From a virus (lineage: Duplodnaviria; Caudoviricetes), in the IMG/VR virus record IMGVR_UViG_3300031994_004484: DNA of 64,000 nucleotides; one strand, 5' to 3'. The notes under the pieces were generated by a model that was given only the letters and a program-made list of their open reading frames with translations, searched no databases and was not told the DNA's origin. Both the position numbers and the translations under genes were made by a program. Positions within the stretch are counted from its first letter, which is position 1. Each line of letters starts with the position of its first letter. Below are positions 1 to 11,900 of this stretch, one piece after another.

Positions 1-1551
1 AAACTTTTACAAAAAACACATTATTGGACTAATAATGTAAAAGAACTTTCCGAACATGATTTTGGTTGTGATGAGTTAAATAAACTTCGTGATGAAATAG
101 TATTTGAAAGTAGTCGCCCATTAACCGAAATGGAATTGAAGGAATATATGGATAATGTTAAAGGCAATCCCGGTTATATTGTTAAATTGGGTGACGGCAC
201 AAGGACAATAAAGGGACAAATACATCAATATTTTCAACAGGTTGTTTACGGAATAAATCAACCGGCGGCAGCGCGTGGTTTTCAATCTGCGTTTGTTAAT
301 TTCGCTTATTTCGACAAACCTTATTTTGAAGGTATGTATGGTGAATTTTCTTTTCCTGATGGAACGAAACCACAATGGAGTTCAATATCTTTCATACAGA
401 AAGAGTTTATGAAATGGTTTAACAAGGAAAGAACAAAATGTGTTTTGACGTTTCCAGTTGAAACAATGTCACTTCTTTATAAAGATGGTGAATATGTTGA
501 TAAAGAATATGCAGAATTTACAGCTGAAATGTTGTCAGAAGGCCATAGTTTTTTCATTTACACTAGTGATTCACCAGACACATTGAGTAGTTGTTGCCGT
601 TTATCAAATAAAATTCAAGAAAATACGTTCACTTTTACGAATGGTTTAACTGGCGAACAAACAGGTTCAAAATCTGTTATAACATTAAATTTCAATAGAA
701 TTCTTCAAAACTATGTTAATGAACAGTGTAATGGAAACAGAAATGCCTTCAAAGAAAATAAAGAAGAATTTATGAATGGTTTTAAAGAATATTTAAAACC
801 TATTTTGGAGAGGGTGTACAAATATCACACAGCGTATAACGATATTTTATGGGACTTGTATAAAGCTGAAATGCTACCTGTTTATTCTGCCGGTTTTATT
901 CATCTTAATAAACAATATTTAACTTTAGGTATAAATGGCTTGAATGAAGCGTGGATGTTTTTAGGTGGTACATGTAATTATAACCCAGATTATTTATACT
1001 TCACAACATCTATAACAGGCTTGATGAAGGAACAGAATGCTGAACATAGGACAAAAAAAGAAATGTTTAACACTGAGTTTGTACCCGCCGAAAGTCTTGG
1101 TATTAAAAATTACAAATGGGATAAATCCGAAGGATACTGGGTACCTGAAAATAGGAATTGTTATACCTCATATTTCTTTTTGCCAGATGATAAGGAAATA
1201 AGTGTTTTGGACAAAATGAAATTACACGGTAACGATAACGTTAAATCTCTTGACGGCGGTTCAGCTTGCCATTTACAGTTAAATGAGCATCTTAGCTATG
1301 AACAGTATCAATATCTTTTGAATTTTGCGGGTAAAGTTGGATGTAATTACTGGACTGTAAACGTGAAAAATAGTGAATGTAAAGATTGTGGATACATAAG
1401 TAAACATACAATCACAAAATGTCCTAAATGCGGAGGAGAAAATTTTGATTATTGGACGAGAATAATCGGGTATTTAAGAAAGGTAAGCGACTTCAATGAA
1501 GGGCGTCAAATAGAGGAAAGCAAAAGGTTTTATAGTGAAAAGATTGAGTAA
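1..1551 (+). CDS. nrdD: Anaerobic (class III) ribonucleoside-triphosphate reductase large subunit, 5'-truncated by the window
   Basis: Frame +1 is open from base 1 (KLLQKTHYW...). It has the SCCRL active-site motif, Zn motif CKDCG...CPKCG and C-terminal glycyl-radical motif YWTRIIGYLR, and nrdG lies downstream. Confidence 0.95.
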   Translation, partial: KLLQKTHYWTNNVKELSEHDFGCDELNKLRDEIVFESSRPLTEMELKEYMDNVKGNPGYIVKLGDGTRTIKGQIHQYFQQVVYGINQPAAARGFQSAFVNFAYFDKPYFEGMYGEFSFPDGTKPQWSSISFIQKEFMKWFNKERTKCVLTFPVETMSLLYKDGEYVDKEYAEFTAEMLSEGHSFFIYTSDSPDTLSSCCRLSNKIQENTFTFTNGLTGEQTGSKSVITLNFNRILQNYVNEQCNGNRNAFKENKEEFMNGFKEYLKPILERVYKYHTAYNDILWDLYKAEMLPVYSAGFIHLNKQYLTLGINGLNEAWMFLGGTCNYNPDYLYFTTSITGLMKEQNAEHRTKKEMFNTEFVPAESLGIKNYKWDKSEGYWVPENRNCYTSYFFLPDDKEISVLDKMKLHGNDNVKSLDGGSACHLQLNEHLSYEQYQYLLNFAGKVGCNYWTVNVKNSECKDCGYISKHTITKCPKCGGENFDYWTRIIGYLRKVSDFNEGRQIEESKRFYSEKIE

Positions 1552-1599
1552 TTGCTATTCGCAATTTACACACCGTTTATTCTTTTTTTAGTATTTAGT

Positions 1600-1607
1600 A
1601 TATTTAT
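1600..1607 (+). promoter_or_regulatory. ATATTTAT motif (putative phage late promoter) before the homing endonuclease
   Basis: The same 8-mer recurs in intergenic DNA upstream of structural genes. Confidence 0.4.
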
Positions 1608-1629
1608 TAGTAAACTAAATACAATTAAT

Positions 1630-2373
1630 ATGAAATGTGACAATATTGATATAGAAAAATTCCGTGATGAATACGAGAATAAATTGATGACATTGACAGA
1701 GATAGCTAAATCATATGGAGTGTCGTATTCAAGTATTAGAAGGTTTGCGTTAAGCAATGGAATAGAATTAAGAAAAAAGGGTGATAATGGTAAACCGAGG
1801 AAGGTAAGCCCTTCCCCTTTTAAGCAAGAAATAAGTGATGAAAGAATAAAAACATTAAAAAAACTTTTTGCTGAAAATATTCCAATAGCTAAAATAGCAA
1901 ATGAGTTGAATGTTGGGAGACGTGCTGTCGAAAGAAAGATATCTGAACTGAACTTAATGAGAAGTAAATCCCCGAATTCAAGAGAACAATATGACAAAAA
2001 AAATGATAAAGAAATAGTTGAAATGTATGAAGGAGGAATGTCTTCTGTTGAAATAGCAAAAGTTTTGAATGTAACCCATAAAACAGTACAGAATCATTTA
2101 AAACATTGTGGGATCAAATTAAGGACAATATCGGAAGCTCACTTTTTGAGTAATAAAAAAGGTTTTCCGAAAGAACTTTTATCGTTTGAAGAGCTTTATG
2201 ATATGTATGTCTTGAAAAGAATGTCCAAAAAGGCTATTGCAGAAACTTTGAATGTGAGTCCGAATGTGGTTAATAGATGTTTAAAAAACTTTGGTATAAA
2301 AATTAGGGGTGTTTCCGAGTGTAAGATAGGTCTTATGACAGGGGAAAAACATCCAAACTGGAAGGTGGGGTAA
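1630..2373 (+). CDS. N-terminal multi-HTH part of a frameshifted HNH homing endonuclease
   Basis: Four HTH-like repeats (LTEIAKSYGVS, IAKIANELNVG, SVEIAKVLNVT, KKAIAETLNVS). Ends KHPNWK(VG*), where WKGG is expected. ATG 1630 is preferred to TTG 1552. Confidence 0.75.
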   Translation: MKCDNIDIEKFRDEYENKLMTLTEIAKSYGVSYSSIRRFALSNGIELRKKGDNGKPRKVSPSPFKQEISDERIKTLKKLFAENIPIAKIANELNVGRRAVERKISELNLMRSKSPNSREQYDKKNDKEIVEMYEGGMSSVEIAKVLNVTHKTVQNHLKHCGIKLRTISEAHFLSNKKGFPKELLSFEELYDMYVLKRMSKKAIAETLNVSPNVVNRCLKNFGIKIRGVSECKIGLMTGEKHPNWKVG

Positions 2374-2387
2374 CTTCGTTATATATA

Positions 2388-2687
2388 ATGTTACGCGAAT
2401 ACTTCGGAAGAACTCAACAAAAAGTTGCAATTAAGCGGGATGGGTACAAATGTAGGATGTGTGGTTCTAAGAAGAACTTGCAAGTTCATCATATAAAACC
2501 TTTCAAAGGAATACTTGATACAATCATATCCGAACACCCAGAATTAAATGTTGAAGATAATAAAATGGCTATATATGATATAGCAAGAAATGACGAAAGA
2601 ATGAATGATTTAGATAATCTTATTACATATTGTAAAGATTGTCATTTATATAAAGTGCATAAATATAAAAAGAGAAATATTGAGTGA
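2388..2687 (+). CDS. HNH endonuclease domain (C-terminal part of the frameshifted gene; frame open from at least 2364)
   Basis: RDGYKCRMCG...LQVHHIKPF...NLITYCKDCH is a zinc-binding HNH motif. Confidence 0.85.
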   Translation: MLREYFGRTQQKVAIKRDGYKCRMCGSKKNLQVHHIKPFKGILDTIISEHPELNVEDNKMAIYDIARNDERMNDLDNLITYCKDCHLYKVHKYKKRNIE

Positions 2688-2690
2688 TTT

Positions 2691-3155
2691 ATGTTAAAAT
2701 ACGTTGATGAAAGCGTTGTTTTTGAGGAAATACCTGATATGGTCACGCTGACAATATCAATAAGCAATTGTCCTTATAAATGTAAGGGTTGTCATTCGGA
2801 TTATTTGCAGAAAGATATTGGTGAGGAACTTACATTTGATAAAATTGATTGGCTTATTGAAAAGAATAAAGGTGTAAATTGTTTTCTTTTTATGGGGGAT
2901 GCAGGTAAATTTGACGAGGTTTGTGATTTTTCTGAATACATAAGAAAAAAATATCCCGAATTAAAACAAGGCGTTTATACTGGCAATGTTGAAATTCCGA
3001 AGGGGTATGGGGAACACTTTGACTTCATTAAAACGGGTCCCTATATCGAAGAATTCGGGCCGTTAAACAAGAAAACGACAAACCAAAGGCTATATGAGGT
3101 AAAAGACGGAAAACTTAATGATGTTACATACAGATTTTGGAAAGAGATTCTATAA
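2691..3155 (+). CDS. nrdG: Anaerobic RNR activating protein (radical SAM)
   Basis: CPYKCKGC (CxxxCxxC), KTGPYIEE...TTNQRLY, and position next to nrdD. Confidence 0.93.
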   Translation: MLKYVDESVVFEEIPDMVTLTISISNCPYKCKGCHSDYLQKDIGEELTFDKIDWLIEKNKGVNCFLFMGDAGKFDEVCDFSEYIRKKYPELKQGVYTGNVEIPKGYGEHFDFIKTGPYIEEFGPLNKKTTNQRLYEVKDGKLNDVTYRFWKEIL

Positions 3156-3181
3156 TATTCTTTAGCTTGCAAAAACATTTT

Positions 3182-3221
3182 AAATGGTTTATATTATTAT
3201 TAATGATATAAACCATTTTTT
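3182..3221 (+). terminator. Long AT-rich hairpin / intrinsic terminator after nrdG
   Basis: AAATGGTTTATATTATTA-T-TAATGATATAAACCATTT followed by a T run. Confidence 0.7.
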
Positions 3222-3230
3222 ATATTATGA

Positions 3231-3238
3231 ATATTTAT
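3231..3238 (+). promoter_or_regulatory. ATATTTAT motif (putative late promoter) heading the baseplate operon
   Basis: Lies just after a terminator and 7 nt before ATG 3246; recurrent motif. Confidence 0.55.
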
Positions 3239-3245
3239 CGCATAT

Positions 3246-3632
3246 ATGCCTAAGATTCAAAAATATGGTATCAAGTTCCCGATAACGGTGATATCGGATG
3301 AGAGGAGTTTGTTTGACACCAACACATATCAGTCCGACAGTGTCAAATCAGAACTCCTGCATATTATTTTCACCCCAAAGGGTCAGAGGTTGAGAGACCC
3401 CGAGTTCGGCACAAACTTAATACAGTACATATTCAATCCTAACGACACGCAAACATGGGATGATGTTGTAACTGAAGTGAAAGACGCGACAACAAAATAT
3501 CTGAAAGACTGCAAAGTCAACAATATTCAAGTCATGGAGGGTGAAGACGGGAGCGAGCTTTATGTCGAGCTGACATATTCGGTTTGGAACGGCGGCAAGA
3601 TATCCACATACAAATCATTGACAAAGATTTAA
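3246..3632 (+). CDS. Baseplate wedge / sheath initiator, T4 gp25 (GPW) family
   Basis: GIKFP...TPKGQRLRDPEFGTNL signature, size 128 aa, and position before a gp6-like gene. Confidence 0.88.
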   Translation: MPKIQKYGIKFPITVISDERSLFDTNTYQSDSVKSELLHIIFTPKGQRLRDPEFGTNLIQYIFNPNDTQTWDDVVTEVKDATTKYLKDCKVNNIQVMEGEDGSELYVELTYSVWNGGKISTYKSLTKI

Positions 3633-3641
3633 CAGACAGAC

Positions 3642-5648
3642 ATGGCGGAGAATCAGATACAGTACACCAAAAGAAATTACGATGAGATAAGGAACGCCCT
3701 TATAGAGATCACAAAGCGTTATTACGGGGATATTTTCAACACGATAAATGACGCTTCGATAGGCCAATGGATAATGGACATCAACTCGGATATTTTCGAC
3801 ATATTGATGTACAACATTGACAGGGCTTATCAGGAAACGAGTATAGATTCCGCAAATAGCAGACAATCGCTTTTGAATATAGCAAAGAGCCTTGGGGTAA
3901 AAATACCGGGTCCAAAAAGCGCGTTAGTCGAGGTTGAGTTGTCATGTATACTGCCTCTCAATACAAGCGCTGTACCGGGTAGTTCGGACAATCTTGCCAT
4001 AGCTGACGAAAGTTATGCGCCATACATAAAGAGAGGCAGCCTGTTCACAGACGGAAGGAACACGTTTGAGTTGATGGAGGATGTGGATTTCAAAACACAG
4101 TTTGATTCAAACGGGATATCAAACAGGCAGATAATCCCGAGAAGGAATTCAAACGGAGAGATAACAGGGTATAGATACAAAAAACTCGCAATAGCTTCAG
4201 CGGGGCAAAGTAAAATATACAAGAGGTTCATAACAAACAGCGACATAGCTCCGTTTTTCAGTGTCACTTTGCAAGATGCCAACATATTGGGAGTTGAGAG
4301 TGTTATATTGAAACAAGGAAGGACATTGGGATTTAACCCCACTGTTGCTGAATTCTATGTTGACGAGGAAAGTTACGAAGACAAGGAAGGAAAGCCTACC
4401 CAACGTTTTTTTGAGGTTGATAACCTTATAGACCAATACAGATTCGGTTATGAAGAACAGGAAGTTGATTCATCGGATGGAAAATATACATATTACTCAC
4501 CCATTTGGGATGTAATAGACACGGTTGAAGTTGTGGGTGATGATGAAGAAACAAAACTCGAACCAATAAGAATGGCGGTAAGAGGCAAATGGAAAAGGTT
4601 GAAAAACAAATTTGTCACGGAATATACCGACAATGGGAACTTAAAACTCATATTCGGTTCCGGACTTAGGAACAAGTATGGCAATATACCTGAGATTGCG
4701 GAAGATTATACACAGTATCGCATGAGCCGAATGGAAGCCAACGACTATATGGGTGTTTTGCCTGAACCGAACACAACAATGTACATATTGTACAGGACAG
4801 GCGGTGGTGAAATGAGCAATATAGGCGCCAACACACTGACCAAGATATTGTCGCTTGCATATGCCATAGACGGAAACTGCAACGATCCAGAGGATACAAG
4901 GAAGAAATCGGATGTAAGGGCTTCTATTGCAGTGACGAACCCGTCACAGTCGTATGGTGGAAAGGACGCTCCAAGTAATGAGGAAATCCGTTTCATGACA
5001 AAATACATATCAGCGGCACAAAACAGATGTGTGACGATATCTGATTATTATGCGAGATTGATGGAAATTCCGGCCAAATATGGGCTTCCGTTCAGATGCG
5101 GTGTTGTAGAGGAAAACAACAAAATTGTCATATACACATTAGGTCTTGACCCTAATGGTTATCTTACAAGCGCATTGGCTGAAAGGGTTGCTGACAATAT
5201 GAAAGAATATTTGTCAATGTACAAAATGTTGACTGATTTTGTTGAAATACGCTCCGGCCGGATAATAAACATAGCTTTCGAGATTGATATATATGTTGAT
5301 AAGACATATGATAAGAGTGAGGTTTCAAAACGGATAATAGAAACCACAAGGGATTATATGGATATAAGGAGACACCAAATGGGTGAAGACATATTCATAG
5401 GTGATTTGGAAAAGGAAATATCGAAACTTGACGGAGTACAGAATTTGATTGATTTGAGATGCTACAACAAGGTTGGAGACGGTTACTCTGAAACACAGAT
5501 TTCCCAACAGATGGTTTCGAACGGTGACACTTTCACGGATGAGGTTGACTTGAGGGAGAGCGACAAGACACTGTTCTCCGAAGCAGGATGCATGTTTGAA
5601 ATAAAATACGCAAATGACATTCAAATCAATGTGCGTGAAAGAGAATAA
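3642..5648 (+). CDS. Baseplate wedge protein (T4 gp6 / baseplate J-like)
   Basis: N-terminal YTKRNYDEIRNAL...SLLNIAKSLG; YRTGGG...N; GGKD...AQNRCVTISDY. Confidence 0.88.
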   Translation: MAENQIQYTKRNYDEIRNALIEITKRYYGDIFNTINDASIGQWIMDINSDIFDILMYNIDRAYQETSIDSANSRQSLLNIAKSLGVKIPGPKSALVEVELSCILPLNTSAVPGSSDNLAIADESYAPYIKRGSLFTDGRNTFELMEDVDFKTQFDSNGISNRQIIPRRNSNGEITGYRYKKLAIASAGQSKIYKRFITNSDIAPFFSVTLQDANILGVESVILKQGRTLGFNPTVAEFYVDEESYEDKEGKPTQRFFEVDNLIDQYRFGYEEQEVDSSDGKYTYYSPIWDVIDTVEVVGDDEETKLEPIRMAVRGKWKRLKNKFVTEYTDNGNLKLIFGSGLRNKYGNIPEIAEDYTQYRMSRMEANDYMGVLPEPNTTMYILYRTGGGEMSNIGANTLTKILSLAYAIDGNCNDPEDTRKKSDVRASIAVTNPSQSYGGKDAPSNEEIRFMTKYISAAQNRCVTISDYYARLMEIPAKYGLPFRCGVVEENNKIVIYTLGLDPNGYLTSALAERVADNMKEYLSMYKMLTDFVEIRSGRIINIAFEIDIYVDKTYDKSEVSKRIIETTRDYMDIRRHQMGEDIFIGDLEKEISKLDGVQNLIDLRCYNKVGDGYSETQISQQMVSNGDTFTDEVDLRESDKTLFSEAGCMFEIKYANDIQINVRERE

Positions 5649-5670
5649 GCGAAAACTTTTCAATAAAGAC

Positions 5671-5700
5671 AAAAGCACCTTGATAATAAGGTGCTTTTTT
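5671..5700 (+). terminator. Intrinsic terminator
   Basis: AAAAGCACCTT-GATAAT-AAGGTGCTTTTTT. Confidence 0.8.
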
Positions 5701-5737
5701 ATTATATTTTATTGATTAACAATCAATTTAAAGAAAT

Positions 5738-5995
5738 ATGGGATGTAATTGTAAGAAAACGTCTGATGCTTCGGCCAAATATTCGGACGATGGAAAAACG
5801 CCGTTAAAGCGTTTAACCGGTTTTCCTTTGGTTTTGGGCTTCATAGGCAAGCTTTTCATATCAATTTTGGCGTTTGGGCTAATTATTGTTATATTGCCGT
5901 TCTTCCTGTTGTATGTGTTTTTCTGCATTATAACAGGAAAAGGTATAAGGATTAATTTGAATAAGCTGTTCAGAATCAATGCAAAACGAAAATAA
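5738..5995 (+). CDS. Small membrane protein with an MGCNCKK N-terminus
   Basis: Hydrophobic stretch of about 35 aa, basic ends; overlaps the start of the next gene. Confidence 0.7.
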   Translation: MGCNCKKTSDASAKYSDDGKTPLKRLTGFPLVLGFIGKLFISILAFGLIIVILPFFLLYVFFCIITGKGIRINLNKLFRINAKRK

Positions 5996-8900
5996 CTCAT
6001 ACAGAATAAGGACTGAAGTCGGAAATAACGCGCCGAACGTTTTGAACGTGAAGCTCAACCAATCGTTTGAGTTTCTCAACATATTGTCCTTGAAGATAGG
6101 ACAGGAAAACCTTTATAAGGTTCCGGCAGCACCGTACGGTGTTGTTTTGGGGCGTGTTTTAGCGAATCAGGCATACGGAATAGAAAACGCCAAAGTTTCC
6201 ATATTCATACCGAAAGACGAAACGGTATTCGAGGTCAAGGACGATATATTATATGCATATTCCTCAACAACATCATTGAATTATGACGGGGTGAGATACA
6301 ATCTATTACCATCATATGTTGATGAAGCGTGTCATCAAAATGTCGGAACAATGTTCGAGAAAGAATATGTTTTGGACAACAATGATGTAATCAGGATATT
6401 CGACAAATATTACACTTATACAACAAGAACAAACAGTTCGGGAGATTATTTCATTTATGGTGTACCTGTTGGTCAGCATACACTGCATGTTGATGTTGAC
6501 CTTTCCGATATAGGTAAACTTTCAGTTCGCCCGCATGATATGATAGGTCAAGGCTATAACATTGGTATGTTTGAAAGCCCGAACAAGTTCAAAGCGGACA
6601 AGAATCTGAACATGCTTCCTCAAATAAAGTCGCAGGACAAGCCGATACAGGTATATCCGTTTTGGGGTGACACTTCAGATGATGACACAAACGCTATGAT
6701 AACCCGTGCGGATATAGAAATAGATTATAAGTTTGAGCCTACTGCCGTCTTTATGGGCAGTATAATATCCGACAAGGGAAGCAATTCAATTTCCCACAAA
6801 TGTGTACCTGACATAAGGACAGGTAAAATGTCCGAACTTTCAACAGGGCAAGGAAAAATAGAAATGATAAGGAAAACCTTTGACGGTAGGGTCGAGGAGT
6901 TTTCAGTGAATGGAAATCAATTGATTGACAACAACGGGGTATGGTGTTATCAGATACCAATGAACCTTGATTACGTAGGAATGGATGAGTTTGGTAACAT
7001 TGTTCCAACAGACAACCCCGAGAAAGGGCTTCCGACAAGGGCGCGTGTCAGATTCAGGGTTTCAATGGACGAAGACCCGATGGATGACAGTGCAAGAAAA
7101 CGCGCCAAGTTCCTTATTCCAAACAACCCAAGATTGACTGATGATTATCCTGAATTCAAAAAGAGCCATGAGGCTGATTACAATTTCGGAACGTTCACAA
7201 AAGAAGAAAGTTACAGGGACTTGTTTTGGAACAATGTCTATACAGTAAAGAGCTACATACCAAGATTACAGAGAAGAGGAACAGCCAATACGAAGAAATT
7301 CACGGGCATTAAGATGGTCAACCATTCAGGTGACAACAATCCGATGCCGTATAACAACCTCTCCATAAAGATGAATTTCATGTACATCTTCCTGTGTTCT
7401 GTCATGACAGTTTTGATGAATTTCATATATGTGTTGAACAATGTGCTGAGTTTTATCGGTAGGGTTTTGATTAATGCGGGTATAGCGTTGGCTACTTTTA
7501 GTTCGGGAACAACGGGTATAAATTGTAATGAAGATGATGACAATGATGAAGAAAAACCCCAAAAACCCTTATTAAAAGCCGGCGTTGATTTGGTTGTTGC
7601 AGGTATGAAGTGTGTGATAAGGATAAATAATGATATATGCAGCGAAAATGCAACGCCTGATCAGTATATTATTTTGGGAAATGAAAAAATTATTAACAAA
7701 TGGCTTCAAAAGATTGGAAAAATATGTGTTAATGAAAAACACAAAAAGGTTTATGACAGAATAAAAAGTTCCTGTGCTTTTGAAAAAATTGAAATTGGCG
7801 ATGAAGGTGAGACAGTTGACGGTTGCGCCTATTATAATATTTTAGGCGGTGAAGATGGTGTAAATGCAAGCAAACCCGAGTTTGTTATGAATTGTGTGCA
7901 AAACACTTTGGCACAGGAGAATGAAGTCACCTCATTTAATTTTCATAACGATTGGATAAACGGTGTGTTGTATGCACCGTTGTGGTACAGGAAGATTAAA
8001 CCAAGAAGGAGGGTTAGAAACACAAACCTCTCAACCAACAAAGTTGATGATTGGTGTAATGGTGAGAGTCATGTTGATTCGGCATATACGGGAAAGAAAG
8101 TCAAGAGGGTTAAGTTATGTCAAACCTGCGCCCAACAAAGGAATTTCACCCCGAGTAATGCAAACAGACAAAAGATAAATCCGATAGATAAAGTTATAGC
8201 CGAAGGTTCGGCTCCAAAAGACGGTTACAAACTTGAACGTTCGTGTTACGGTTTCAAATGTCACAGAAAGGTCACTTCTCTTATACGGGTTGATGACGGA
8301 ATAATAATCAGGAGAGAGACCAAATACGGGGAATATGTTTATTATTATAAATCGTTGGAATATGGTGAAGACAAGTTCAAAAACATATTAAACCCTTCCA
8401 AAAACGGTGAAGTTAAGTTGCTGTTCGCTACTGATTTGGTTCTTTTGGGTAGTCTTAACGATTGTGACACAAATGGAACACCACAATTCTTCAGACACCT
8501 AAACGAAACAACTTATCAGATGCCGCCTGATTTATTGTCGCTGTCATGGAATACCATTGATAATAAAGTGACAACAAACGAAATTGAAAACAACAACGAT
8601 GAATATGAAGAAATAGACAGTGGTAGTGTTGAAACCGAATTCACGGGAGCTGACTACGGAAATGTTGGTTATGATCAGTGGCATCCGGAAGGAAAAAAAG
8701 AAAAGTATAACGATTATACATACAAAGGGAGTAATGAATATAACAACGGAGGTTTGTTTTATGATTTAACATGCAGCAATTCGTTTGTTTCCCCGAAGGG
8801 TTGCGTAAACATGTCGAGGATTTGTGAGTTCGGTGTTTCATTAGACCAATCGATGAATTTGATAGGAAACGACGGAACACTTCAACATATATCACCCGAT

Positions 8901-11900
8901 GGGTTTGTTTCATATGACGAACTGTACAATATGGACGCACGTTCAATGTTTTCCACCATGAACTGCAACAACCTAAGGGAAAGACTAAACCCAAAAACGG
9001 GATATAAGGTTTACGATTTCAATTACAACTACCCCGAGAATTTTGACGGTACTCTCAAAAACCTTATGAAAGACGTTCCCGTAAATATATCGTACAGCGG
9101 AAACAAAAACCTTGAAAGAAGCAGCGATTCATATCTGAAATTCAGATACGGATTTGATAAAAACAACTTTGTTGTCGCGTTTTATGATGACGAAGATTCT
9201 GTCATAAGAAATGGTCATACAAGCGCAGGAAAAGGTGGCTATACCCTTAAAAATGTCAGGCGTTTCCCAAGATATGAAAACTCATTCTATTTCTATTTCG
9301 GATTGAAGAGCGGAAGCACTGCAATAAATCGTTTCATGGAACAGTTTTATGCTGATTGCAGAAATGATGAAGAAGGTTCTAACGCAATCAAGATAGATTA
9401 CAGACCAAACGGTTGGTGCGAGGATGGTATTGAGAACACAAGGGACGGTTACATTTCATTTGATTTGACAAACGTTGAACACCCATGTGTGATAACTTTC
9501 AATGAATTAACGGAGGGTGAAACTTTTGACAGGACATACACCGATATATATAGTTACAAACTATATATCGGAGCCTATAATGATGATTTGGAAAACGATG
9601 GTTACGAACGGTTATATGTTGATGCTGCTACACAAACAAAACAAAAACCTGAAGATGAAGCGTTTTCTGAAGATTATATAGCCCCATCATTGCCTAATGG
9701 AAGATATATTATAACCATTACGGATGTTTCAGGTGAAGAATATCGTGAGAATGCTATGTTTTCAAGAAACAAAGTCCAATTCAATACAATGGTTACACAT
9801 TTTACTTTGTCGAACGGCGAATTGGAGAACAGGTTTCCTAACACAGACGAACATTCAACGTATTATTACACCGCTTCAGACACAACACCTTCGGATAACG
9901 TAGAGTTGGTCAGGGAGATAGGTGGTTATGTTGCTATTTCAGATATAAACGGTGAATACGGCAGCATGACGGACAATTTCATAATAAGGGTAAGTTCAGG
10001 CGTTGATTTGCCCGATTACTATGGTTCCGAATATAAGGTTATAAACGGAAATGTCTCATATGGCGGCATTAAATACATATCAAACAATAACGGGGAGTAT
10101 GTTTTCGGTTTGCCGAAAGCAAATGTACAATATACTATAACCGTAACGGAATATTGCCCGCTTACCGAAACCGAATCAAGAAATTCAGTTTCGACAAAGG
10201 TTACACCTGAAGAGCCAATTCCGTTCAAGATGTTTGTAAACGGTATTGACAATACAATACTTTCCAAATTCAGAACGGGTTATATAAAAGATTCTAACGG
10301 CGTAATCAAATCCCCATATTATGGTTACAACGAGAATACGGGTGTAAGCAAAAATGAAGTGATAGGTTGGCTTGATATCGGGAAAGTTGGTGTTTCAAAA
10401 TTATTGGAGTATCCGCCAATTGAAACACTGGGAACATATTCTGGTGCTGTAAGTAATGCTGTCGAAGCGCTGAAGCCACATGATTCGGATGTCTATTCTT
10501 TCACAGATGAATACTATTTTGACGAAAGTTATGTGGACATGGAAATAGAGGTTTATGATGAACTGCCAACACCACAAGAAACCGGTTATGCAAAATATGT
10601 AAAAGTAAAAACAAATGACGATTCGTTTGATGAGACAGCTTATATATGGCAATACAGTCAATACAGTAATAATTATCAGCCGAAGTTGGATGATAACGGA
10701 AATTATGTTAGCACGCTGACATTGCAAGAATATTATGAAAGCGGGTACAGCAATTGTGTTGATGTTATAGATGCTATTAATGTAGTGATACAAAAAAGGT
10801 TAGACCTTGTATCCTCAATGTTTGATGCTTTTTGTATGTATGAAGATACAGATGGCGGAAAACCCATTTCAATAACTTACCAAACAAACGCCATTCCGGT
10901 AAAAACCCTTGTTTATTATGTACCCGATATTATTTTCACAAACAATATAAGCAACAGGGTGGACGGTGTTGTTACAGATGGAATTGGCACTCCGACTTTA
11001 GTACCTTACGGTTCATATGTCATGTTGGATGCAAACAAAGAGGAAAATACAATACAATCATTCGGATTGCCTACAATATCCAAGAGTTCAGACAACACAA
11101 AGCCTGTTTTCACAAAAATGGTTGGAAATTTATATAAAAAACCTCCGTATTGTGCTATAAAAAATCAAATGGGCATGACAGTACCTTCTGAAACAGGAAC
11201 CGTTCCGTTCGGAACCAACAGTATTGCAGGTGCTATGAGCGAAACGGAAGGTGGTATGGATTCGATGTTCGGTTTCCATATTATAGACAAACGTCCCTTC
11301 ACCAAATTAAATGTATGGCTTCCCATAAAGAATTATCCGATACACTGGCCGGATATTGATGACACAAACCCAACACCAATAAACGGCTTAAGGAAGGGTT
11401 CGTATTTTGACATGGACGGTTGTGTTTCAGGCTATCTTTACAACTGCATTTCTACATCATCAAACAGAATCGCTGAATTTTCCAAACAAGATGCCGGTAA
11501 GAATGTTAATTTTTATACAATCACAACCAAGACGGATGACATAACAGGGGTTCAAATTCCTGATGAATATGCGGTCCCGACAAAACGTCTTATGTATGGC
11601 GATGTATATCCACAAGATTATGTGTATTCATACAATGATTTTATAAAGACGGAAAATCCGTTTGAAGGTTTTGATTCGGACAGTATTGACACAGGTGGAG
11701 TAAACACCACATATCGTTATATACCATTTGATTCTGAAACAACGTTTCTTACAGTGGAAGACTCTAAGGTTTTATACCAAAAGAATCTAAACTCTTCTTC
11801 AACGTTCGGTTTACCGGAAGACACATTGGTTTATAACGGGGCTACGATAAACCCTGTTTTTACCAATATGGACGCAAAAGCCCCTAATTATATGATTTGT

